From: the human T2T-CHM13v2.0 reference genome, Homo sapiens
Direction: 5' to 3' (one strand)
DNA length: 64,000 bases
Assembly (NCBI RefSeq): GCF_009914755.1
Contig: NC_060942.1
Part shown: piece by piece, positions 49,675 to 64,000 of the stretch
Layout of the letters: each line of letters starts with the position of its first letter
Position numbering within the stretch: position 1 is the stretch's first letter
The notes under the pieces: model-generated
What the model was told of the DNA's origin: nothing
Databases searched by the model: none
What the model saw: only the letters and a program-made list of their open reading frames with translations
Translations under genes and position numbers: made by a program

Positions 49675-50230
49675 TTAGGTGTGCAAAAGTATTTGCAGGT
49701 TTTGCCATTGAAAGTAATAGCAAAATCACTACTCACAGTAGCAAAGACTTGGAACCAACCCAAATGTCCAACAATGATGGACTGGATTAAGAAAATGTGG
49801 CACATATACACCATGGAATACTATGCAGCCATAAAAAGTGATGAGTTCATGTCGTTTGTAGGGACATGGATGAAGCTGGAAACCATCATTCTCAGCAAAC
49901 TATTGCAAGGACAAAAAACCAAACACCGCATGTTCTCACTCATAGGTGGGAATTGAACAATGAGAACACTTGGACGAAGGAAGGGGAACATCACACACTG
50001 GGGCCTGTTGTGGGGTAGGGGCAGCGGGGAGGGATGGCATTAGGAGATATACCTAATGTAAATGACCAGTTAATGGGTGCAGCACACCAACTTGGCACAT
50101 GTATACATATGTAACAAAACTGCACGTTGTGCACATGTACCCTAGAACTTAAAGTATAATAAAAAAAAAAATATATATATATATATAAGAAAGTAAGCAA
50201 AACCCACAATTACTTTTGCAGCAACCCAAT
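49675..50230. mobile_element. MADE1 (Hsmar1-derived MITE) split by an L1PA
   Basis: Left 'ttaggtgtgcaaaagtatttgcaggttttgccattgaaagtaat'; right 'gcaaaacccacaattacttttgcagcaacccaa'; these are MADE1 terminal inverted repeats. Confidence 0.88.
49726..50188 (+). mobile_element. 5'-truncated L1PA4/5-like 3' end
   Basis: ORF2 end [32 protein letters not shown]...MFSLIGGN; 3' UTR; A/(TA)n tail; TSD gaaagtaatagcaaaa / gaaagtaagcaaaa. Confidence 0.95.
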
Positions 50231-50231
50231 A

Positions 50232-51450
50232 TTTTGAAACATATAAATTATTAACTCTAGTCACCCAACTGTGTTACCCAACACTCGACCTTATTCCTCT
50301 TATCTAACTGTATTTTTCTACCCATTATTTCACCTCTCTTTTTCTTTTTCTCCCCACTACCCTTCCCAACCTCTGGTACCCACCTTTCTACTCACTACCT
50401 CTATGAGATCTTTTTTCCAAACTCCCATTTATAAGTGTGAATATACATTTGTCTTTCTGTGCTTGGCTTATTTCACTTCACATAACATCCTCCAGGCTCA
50501 TCCATGTTATCACAAATGACAGAATTTCATTCTTTATTTATGGCTGAATAATATTCCATTGTGTGTTTCTTCATATTCATGTTTACTTTATCCATTCATT
50601 TATTGATGGACATTTAGGCTGATTTCAAATCTTGGCTATTGTGCATAGTGCTGCAATAAACATGGAAGTGCAGATATCTCTTCAATATTCCGATTTCCCT
50701 TCTTTTTAATATGTATACCCAGTAGTGGGATTGCTGGATCATATGGTAGTTTTATTTTTAGTTTATTGAGGAACCTCCATTTTCTTTTCTATAATGGGTG
50801 TGCTAATTTACATTCCCATTAACAGTGTATATGGGTTCCTTTTTCCCCATGTCTTTGCAAACATTTATCGTTTTACTTTTAGGTAGTAGCCATTTTTACC
50901 AGTAGAACATAATATCTCATTGTGGTTTTGATTTGCATTTCCCTGATTATTAGTGATGTTGAACATTTTTTCATGTATCTATTGTCTATTTGTATGTATT
51001 CTTTTGAGAAATATCTAGTTAGGTCATTTTTAAATTGGATTATTGGTGGGATTTGTTTTGCTATTGAGTTGTTCAAGTTCCTTCTATATGCTGGTTATTA
51101 ATCTCTTGTAAGGTGGTTTGCAAATATTTTCTTCACTTTCTTGATAGTTTCCTTTGCAGCACAGCTTTTTAGCTTAATATTATCCCATTTGTCAATTTTT
51201 GCTGTTGTTGCCTGTGCTTTTAAAGTCTCACTGAAAAAAATCTTTGCCCGGACCAATTATCTGAAGGATTTTTCCAATGTTTTCTTCTAGTAATTTCACA
51301 GTTTCAGGTCTTAACATTTAAGCCTCTAATTCATTTTGATTTGATTTTTGTGTATGGTGAGATATAGGTCCTAGTTTCATTCTTCTGCATATGAATATCC
51401 AATATTCCAATTAGCATTTATTGAAGAAACTGCCCTTCCCCAATGTACAT
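50232..51450 (-). mobile_element. L1MA-type 3' portion
   Basis: Peptide [35 protein letters not shown]; L1MA-type 3' UTR 'ccttattcctcttatctaactgtatttt'. Confidence 0.88.
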
Positions 51451-52039
51451 CTCATGCTTTTCAATGACATTTTATATTTAATTTCTATGAGTATTTCACA
51501 GTTCTCGTGAGGCATGTTGCAAAGTACTAAAGAATGATCTGTGTGCTACAGTGTCTCTTTCTCCTTAGATGCTGGTTTTCTCATTTGTTGATATTTGCAC
51601 CTCATTTTATGGCGTGTGTTTCCTCCCAACTATTAGATGGATTTTGATTGTTTGCTCATCTTTTCATTTATCTCTGTGTGAATATTGCTTCTATTTGTTT
51701 TATACTTGCCGTGGTGATTGTAGGGGAGAGAAGTGATATTCTACTAGGTGAGATAATTGGATTATTTCATATTAGACATCTGTTCTACTACTAAAAGTGT
51801 TTATTTGGACATACATTTAAATTTTTTCTACATTATTTCTTAATAGATAGCTTTATTTTACTTTCAAATGTTTTCTTTTATTCTCAATATTGAAGCAAAT
51901 ATAATATAAAAATTACTTTTCATTTTCTTTAATGCTCTTATAAGTACTGTACACAATTTATTCACTTTTTTAAAGAAGATGTACTTCTTTATCTTTAATG
52001 CTACTTTTAATCCCTTCTATGTTTGGCAAAAAAAAAAAA

Positions 52040-55128
<3,089 letters not shown>

Positions 55129-56179
55129 GTGTTTTGCGAAAGTTTTAAGACTTCATGTTTTCTTTGGTTTATTTTGTACTGCTGTAAGTACATTTTGGCC
55201 TGTAGTTTTTAATGCGTATTTTGGATGGCTTTTATTTAGATTCCATTTTATTTTACCCTTCATCATTACAGCTCTAACAACCGTTCACTATTTATCAGAT
55301 GATATAAGGACCTTATTTCTCAGAGATGAGATTTGAAGACTGCATTATGTGGATTTTTATTGCCAATTTAGGCAATTAGTAGTGAGAAGAGAACTAACCT
55401 GGGTTTATGGGGTATTCTGAGAAAGTCATTTACTATACAGTGAAATTGCTGTAGCAGAGGCAAATTTTGCATATATTCTTTCTTTCTTTCTTTTTTTCTC
55501 TCTATTCAAGGTATAGGCTGAGATGTAATCCAATTTTGGCTTTTTAAAATTGTGTACTCAGGAAAATTAGTAGATGTATTGATATTTTATCCTCTGGAAA
55601 CCAAAGCACTTGTATACTAGGATAAATGTGTGACAGCAATCAGAAACTATAGATGAGAGTTTCCCTGCCTACAAGTTTTCTTTTGGTGGAGCTGCACACC
55701 CCAGCAGAGCACGTCTGTCACTGGTTTACAGAGTCAACATGACCACAAATGTGCTTTGTTTATCCTTCCCTTGTCTCCATCTGTCACACCTAAAAATAAG
55801 TGAAGGTGCCCATCTTTTCAGGAAAGTGGTGTCCTTGACTGGAATAATCCAAGTTACATGACTACATTAGTTAGGTGCTGAGCTCTACTCTTCATTGGTT
55901 TAATACTTGTTATGCTTATGCTTAGTTTGTCATACTTGACACGGTGTACTGTGAAAGTTTCTGATCTAAATATAACAGTCTAAACATAGATTCAGCTTTT
56001 ATTTCCTTGATTCACCTTTTCCTCTACCTCTTGTTTCTCAAATAGCAGTCCTTAGAGTTATTCTGCATGAATCTCTTTATTTTCTTCCACAGCACACTTA
56101 GGTATACACACTTTGTTTCTTGACTTAACGCTTTCAATCCTATGCCATCTATAATGCATTCAGAAAATACACACACACA

Positions 56180-56795
<616 letters not shown>

Positions 56796-57109
56796 TTATA
56801 CTTAAAATGGCTAACTTTTATGGCATGCAAATTATTCCTCAATACATCTGTTTTTAAAAGATTATTTGAAACCTTGCAATTAATATTTAAAAAATAATAA
56901 ATCTATTCATTAAAGGCATTTATTGAGTGCATAGTTCATGCCAAACCCTGTGCTAATAGTTTTAGTCTTACATAAGTATAAAAGTGGTTATTAACTTAAA
57001 AGTTTTCAGTACAATAGAAGATTACTGATGAGCCTGTCAAAAATATTCCCTAATTTTATTTATATTTTTTTAATCAAGTATTTCCATTTACTTATTTTCA
57101 CCTCTGGTG

Positions 57110-58560
57110 AAATTCCTCACATGTTATACACATTTTCCACATTTTCTACTACTACCTTTAACATATTAATCATCATTATTTTAAATTTCCTGGCTGATAG
57201 TTCCAGCATCTGAGTCATGTCTGAGTCAGGTCCTATTGATTGTTTTGTCTATCGATAGTAGATTTTCCTGTCTATTTTCCTCCTTAATTTTGTATCTCTC
57301 TGAAAATTTTTGTTGATGGTTAGATATCGTGTGTATTTGTGCTTGAAAATGGACATGTCTTTTTTTCTGCTATGTCTTTAAAAGGTGTGGGGTACATATT
57401 TGAGTTCAATCATGAGTTGAGCTATGAGTTAGTTATGTTATTATGATGGTTTCCTCCAATAAACTAGTATCTTCAAATTCTTCTAGCATTATATCGTTCC
57501 TAGAGTGGTATCTGTTTATCATATAATTTTTCTTATTGTCACCTTCACCTTCAGCTTGTAGCTATCCCTTTAAACCTATAGCTAAGAGAGGGTCTTTCTT
57601 TATGCTCTTGTCCCCTTTTTAGCGGTAAACTGTTTTGCTTGTTTCTCAGTGCTTGCTAGTATGGTAGGGTAAGACAAAACTATCTGTTGTCATAGTTCAG
57701 CCTCAGGTTTAGGAAGGTCCTAAATCTTGGAGGAGGTACTTTTTCAGTAATCTTGAGCTGCGCCCAGTGGCAGGGTATCTCTAATGGTATCTACTCAATA
57801 TGATATACTTTTTCTTACCCAGGGGTAGATATTTTTCTTCCCTGTTCTCTTTTTCGTTCCTGGAGGTGGTAAAGTTTTCTTTCCTTCCCCATCAAAACTA
57901 AAATTTTTGATCTGTATTCTACTAGTAGAAGAATATATGTAAGATATCTTATTTTTCTCATTATGGTATCCACTCTTTCCTTCAAACTTTTATTATAGAG
58001 AGTAGCTTTCTCTAATCTTTTGCTGTAAGTACAGTCATCTCTTGGATTCTCAGCCAGGGAAAGTTGGCTCCAGGACCCCCACAGATGACAAAATCTATGG
58101 ATGTCCAAGTCTCCTAGTAAGCCCTCAGTATCAGCAGGTTCCTGCATCTGCAGATTCAACCATGATTGAAAAGTTGGCCATCTGTATCCACAGGTTCTGC
58201 ATTGGCAAGTACAGAGGGCTGACTCTACCATGTGACGATCCATAGAGAAGAGTACATGACTGGATGCCAACTTCACTTTTGCCTGCAACTCCCTGGGGTT
58301 CTGTGATCTCATTGTTGCTTATATTTAGCTTCTGGTAATTTGGTAAAAATAAATAAGTAAATACAAATTTACTGAATTATTTCTAGTTGCTCACATGACA
58401 GCCTCTCTTCCTCTCATGTTTGTCCCCATGTGAATCAGTATTGATGTCCCCATCTCTCCCTAGAGGTACATATCTTTAATATCAGGGTGGGTGGCTGCCC
58501 TGATATCTCAGCTCTCTGGGTACATGGACAAAATAAAAATTAAAGGATGTTCAGCAGTGT
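57110..58560 (-). mobile_element. Old L1M (MC/MD-type) 5' region relic
   Basis: 'tttaacatattaatcatcattattttaaatttcctggctgatagttccagcatctgagtcatgtctgagtcagg' typical of antisense old L1 5'/ORF1 sequence. Confidence 0.6.
58030..58228. mobile_element. Tigger-type MITE (MER2/MER8-like)
   Basis: TA-cagtc...gactc-TA termini; 'ttggctccaggacccccacagatgacaaaatctatggatgtccaagtc'. Confidence 0.75.
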
Positions 58561-59197
58561 AGATTATCTAGCTGAATATGAAGTCCTTGAAACTGTTTTG
58601 CCATTACTAGACATGATGTATACTATTCTGTAGCATTTTTTAGTTTTTTGAGTATAAAATCTATACTATATATAGTTAAAACTATATATGAAACTTTATA
58701 TACCATATATAAACCTTATATATAACACTTTATATGAAAAACTATACCATACATACTTTTTATAGTATAAAAATATTATATGATAGCACTCCTTAGTGTT
58801 GTAATCAAAGCTATTGTTTTGCTTGGTTGATATTTTGAAATAATAGTACAAAAGAGAAGAAAATTGTGGTGGGAGAAAATTATGTTTGACTAATGGTAGT
58901 CTAGAAAAACAAGTAAAAGAAGAAAGAGGTTGCCTAGAGATTACAAAATAAACAGAAATATCAAAAGATTAGGCCAAAGTCAAGGTTAAAAGGCAGATGT
59001 ATATATGGAGAAAACACAATGTAAGAAAACCCAATGGACAGAAATTGTTGGGATGGGTAAAAGGCGTGTAAGTTGAGGATCTTACTCACAGATGTGTTTG
59101 ATTTTTATGATCTTGAGTACTGTTTTGGGTATAAATGATGGTTAGCTAAAGTTGAGTACAGGGTAACATCTTTGGGATTAAGAAGTTCTAGGTATTT

Positions 59198-59524
<327 letters not shown>

Positions 59525-61512
59525 TTAAGTAGAGAATGAATGGTGTGCCTAGACAATTGTACCTTCTAAACATCAACAAACCTAGGATAGAGAATGACTG
59601 TTGAAAGCCAGGCATTAAAATTGTGAGCAAACAATTTTGGAGTGAGTGTGATATTAACAATACAAGGAATGAAGTGATTTAGTTTGCTGACTTGAGTCAT
59701 AAGATCAGGAGGGTGCTGTGGAATCGGGAGTTCTGAATCAACAGAATGTTATTCATCTCCTGTCTTTTATGAGTGTCATGCTTGAAATAATGAGTAATTC
59801 TGTCAAGAGGGTTTAAGAGAAGTGAAATTTCAAGGGAGGAATTAAGTTTTGATAGGATTTCTTCAACTTTGGAATCAAAAGCGAACTTTCCCTCCGGATA
59901 GGTTACATGAAGCGTCAAGGTCTCTGCATTTTCTTATAACACAGAAAGATGGGAAAAAAATAAATGTAGGAATAACAAAAATATTAAACTCAATATTAGT
60001 AAATTGAAGTTCATTCGATGATTAATAATGGGGATAAAAATAATTTAAAGGTAAGACAAAATAACTAACAAATTAATTGGAGTTGTACCATATGTGAGAA
60101 AATAATTTCAAAAGGCAACAGGGAACTCATGTGCATGAAAAATAGGTTATGCTCATGTTGTCAAATAGAATAGAACAAAATCTATAAATTTAAAATTGTG
60201 AGTATATTTTAACTAAACATAAAGAATAATCTAAGGGTGAATTGTCTAACAATTAAAATAAATACCTTAAAATTTCCTTGCTGTGTATTAATACATTTTG
60301 GGCAAGCACTTGTTAACTGTTAACTTGTGGGAAGAGAGGCAAGATTTGAATTTGGTAACTAAATTTTCAGATAAAATAACAAAGTATTATTTATGACCAT
60401 ATTACCAATTAGTAGTCTATTTGTCTCTAATTCTAGTAAGTAGCCTTACATTTTATATACATTATTATATTGTACAAATACATTAAGGATAGAGCCTTAT
60501 ATTACAAGGCAAATATCTACAAATAAAGCAATTTTGCCTGTCATTTTAATATACTGAAAGCACAGTGGAATTTCCCATTGTGTTTTCTTACAATGTAATT
60601 TTAGCATAACCTTGGATCATTAGGACATCCATCAACAACAGGACGATAATTGCTCAGAGCTCCAACTCATTAGGTCATCAGTTCTGACTAATCAGATTGT
60701 TTTTGTAAAAAATATTTTGCTGATGAGCATTGAACATTACCTTTTATTGACCATGATGGAATATTTATGTAATTACAACTTAATCTAAAATGTCACCTAC
60801 AATTTTCTGTAACATAATCTATTCTCTTCTTGAATAATGCAATGCTTTGAAAGCTAAACTTTATAATTCAACTAAATACTGCATTTCAACATTTTATTTA
60901 CCTTTGAAAGTTTTTGTTCAGGTTAGTGACCATGAGGCTCTATTTCTGTACAACTGAGCATGTTCTCACAATGACTTCTATGTTATCAATTCAATCATTG
61001 ATATTTGGAATAAAGATAGTTAATAAAGTTTGATTTGAACACGTTCTCAAATCATGCTAGGTAAATTTACTGATGATTTATTTAAACATGAATATCAAAT
61101 CCAAATATTCTAGAGTGATATAATCAACATGTTAAATGTCCCTATAAGATGGGTGTCACGCACATAAAAGTCAGAAACCTAGTACATTTGGGTTTAACAC
61201 ATATGTACCTGTTAGGTTTTACTATCAAAATTTTATTGACATTTAGGGTAATTTTGCCAAAACAAATAGCCCACCCTTTCTTGACCAAAGAAGGTTTAGG
61301 TGGTAAATAGTGCCTAAATTATATTTGGATATTTTTCATGTCAATAAACAATTGGCATTGTTTAAGTGGGTGTTATACTAAAGGAGAAATAGTTAAGGTA
61401 ATACAATCATATGCTATAGTTGGACATGTAAATCAGTAAGGGAATTTATCTAAATCTAAACAATCAACTGCATACAGATTCTTTAGGATTTTTAGGGGGC
61501 TGAAATTTTATA

Positions 61513-61666
61513 AATTTGTATACACAAGAGACAAAAATGTAAAAGCAATTATTTTACATTTGCTTTTACATTTTTGTCTCTTGTGTATACAAATTGCTTT
61601 TACATTTTTTTGTGTATACAAATATATGAATTGCTTTTACATCTTTGTTTTTTGTGTATACACATA
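61513..61666. repeat. Perfect 36-bp inverted repeat (11-nt spacer) followed by two degenerate tandem copies of the right arm
   Basis: aatttgtatacacaagagacaaaaatgtaaaagcaa (61513-61548) is the exact reverse complement of 61560-61595. Confidence 0.95.
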
Positions 61667-62929
61667 TATGATATTTATTTTTCATATTTTGAAAAATAAA
61701 TGTTTTGAAAAATAAATATGGGGGTGCTAAGACAGTTCACAGAACCCAAGTAAGAGCTTAAAACACCAGAAAAATGCAAAGGTGTACTACAAGGTGATAC
61801 TTCTCATTTTATTGATCAGAGTTAATAAACTTCCCTATTCGATGGGTATCTGGTGTTAACATGACTCCTAACTCCCAGCCTCATGTGGCTCAGCATGAGA
61901 CAAAAACCCAGAGCTGAGTCAACTGTTCTAGTGCACATGCAGGGTGGAGGCAAAGTTGTTGCAAGACTCAAGAAACTTGGCAGGTACTTCAGACAGTCAG
62001 TGTCATCATTTTACTTGTTTATTTATTCATTTATAATGTAAATTACTATATGTAGCTAGACATGCATTAATACAAGTAATGTGTGCCTTAGGTTATATAT
62101 ATTGCTAATTATTAAATAGCAAGTATCAATGATTCGCCATGTAAATCAATTTGAATGTGGCTAAATTCTTCTATTACAGATGTAACCCTATCCTAAATTG
62201 TTTAAATGCATTTTTTGCTTGATTGCTCTTTTTAAAATTGTTTCACAAATATGTATATAACACTAAATAATATTGTAGTCTTTTGAAAATTTAAACTATA
62301 GATGTACCCATTTCTCTGTGTTTGTTTCTTTTTCCCAAAATTGCACTAGTGATTCATCTGTGTTGTTATGTATAGCTGTAAGTCTTTACTTACTCAACAA
62401 TTGTTTTGCAAAATGACTTTACTGATTTTCACTTTCACCAGACATGTTCTTGTTGCTCTATCTCCTAACACTTCACATTATCAGACTTTTTCCTTTTATC
62501 CTATTTACCATTCTTTCTATAGAAAAACTAAATACTAAACCCAAGTTTGTTGGGATCTGCTGTTCCTCTAGAGGAAAAGTAGTTTCAGCATCCTAGTGCC
62601 TCACATCAAAATCTTGACTCTAATTCTCTATTATATTTTTGTTTTCTTCCTTAGCTTAATAGTTCTTAGTATTTTGTCAATTCTTTAATGACATTAAGAA
62701 CTTGATTTTTCAAAACATCCCTATCAATTCAAAACATTTTTCTTATTTACGGGTTCATCCAAAATACCCCCACTGCCATTGCTAGAAATAGAAGTGTAGG
62801 CCTTCAGTTTTCATGGCCAGTGTTTTCTCATTATTGGAAGTGGTATGACTGTCAAGTCATGTAGCTTGTGCATTTTTCTTGAATCTTCTATTTAGCATGT
62901 ATAGCAAGTGTCTTTTAAATTCTTCTTAC

Positions 62930-63420
62930 ATTACTTTTTATAGCACCTTAATTGGGATTAATTCAAACATCATAAAATTCACCCATTTAAAGTGTATAAT
63001 TCAATGGTTTTAGGCGTATTCATAGTATTGTGCGATCATCACCATTATTTACTCAAGAATATTTTCATCACCTCCTTCCAAATACCCTGTGCCCATTCAT
63101 AGTCACTCCTCATTTCCCTCTGGCCCTAAACCCTGGCAACTACTAATTTACTTGCTGTCTCTACAGATTTGCCTATTCTGGAAATTTTACATAAACAGAG
63201 TTGTAAAAAATGTGGTCTTTTAATCTGTTTTTTTAATGTAGCAAAATGATTTCAAGGTTCATCCATGTTGTAGTATGTGTTAATACTTCATTATGTATTA
63301 TTGCTAAGTAATAGTCCATTGTATGGGTTTATCCTGTTTTTAATCCAGTCATAAGTTTTTCCCACTTTTTGGCTATTTCAAATAATGAAGCCGTGAACAT
63401 TCTTGTATAAGTTTCTTAAA
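62930..63420 (-). mobile_element. L1MB-type 3' end
   Basis: 'cataaaattcacccatttaaagtgtataattcaatggtttt', 'ccctggcaactactaatttacttgctgtctctacagatttgcctattctgga'. Confidence 0.85.
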
Positions 63421-63679
63421 GTTTATATTGATTTTTAGATTTTTATTATCCCCAAATCTATAGACATTCAAAATTAGCTTTTAGCTATGTTTCCTTTTAT
63501 ACATACTCTTTGAATCAAATACACCCTTTGATACCTTTACATTCTCAAACACATTATTTTCTTGGATATTAATGTTATTTTCATTACAGTTTAATTACAC
63601 TATGTAAAAGTGAGTTGTCCTCTCATTTGCTGTTTTCTACACTTTTAATGCAGCAAAAAAAAGTCTTGATCTTTCTCTT

Positions 63680-63750
63680 TATTTCCTCTCTCTTTTCCCT
63701 CTCCCTCTCTCCCTTACTGTCTCTGTCTCTCTCTCTCTCTCTCTTTCTCT
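63680..63750. repeat. (CT)n-rich tract
   Basis: Directly visible polypyrimidine/CT repeat. Confidence 0.85.
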
Positions 63751-63867
63751 GTGACCTTTTCCCATCCCCATTATATACATATTCTTTAGCTCTTAGTTCA
63801 CTGCCTTGTGCTGCTGTCATTTGCAGTAAAAGTTAGGTGCTGTCTGTAATTCAAATGTACTATAGCT

Positions 63868-64000
63868 GTTTTTTTGTTTTGTTTTGTTTTTTTGTTTTTT
63901 TGTTTTTTGTTTTTTTTAATTTATTTTTTGAGACGCAGTCTTGTGCTGTCCCCCAGGCTGGAGTGCAATGGAGTGATCTCGCCTCACTGCAACCTCTGAT
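63868..64000 (-). mobile_element. Alu 3' part with (GTTTT)n tail, cut by window edge
   Basis: 'ttttgagacgcagtcttgtgctgtcccccaggctggagtgcaatggagtgatctcgcctcactgcaacctc'. Confidence 0.93.

Noticed and set aside
60610-60685. Possible minus-strand C/D-box snoRNA (TGATGA...CTGA...TGATGG)
   Set aside because: No terminal CTGA D box and no closing stem.
61513-61666. CRISPR-like repeat array
   Set aside because: Eukaryotic context, no unique spacers and no cas genes; it is a local inverted/tandem duplication.

Overview
AT-rich, repeat-dense primate (very probably human) nuclear DNA, intronic or intergenic. I found no intact protein-coding gene, tRNA/rRNA, CRISPR array or CpG-island promoter. Nearly all ORFs in the supplied track are Alu/L1 read-throughs or chance ORFs. 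The only recognisable gene-derived sequence is a decayed processed pseudogene of FAM32A on the minus strand (~35449-36900). Much of the rest is transposon-derived: 13 Alus, L1PA/L1PB/L1M elements, three long L2 relics, MaLR/ERVL LTRs, MER1A, MADE1 and a Tigger-type MITE. The most unusual signals are structural: a ~145-bp inverted duplication of an Alu tail plus its flank with a fold-back junction (46109-46979), a perfect 36-bp-arm hairpin (61513-61595), a scrambled L1PA7/8 that keeps an ORF0-like frame, two twin-priming L1 inversions and a multi-repeat patch (~19.1-20.8 kb). I do not see evidence for a novel biological system. Repeat subfamily names come from recalled consensus features and boundaries are approximate; both need RepeatMasker/Dfam confirmation.
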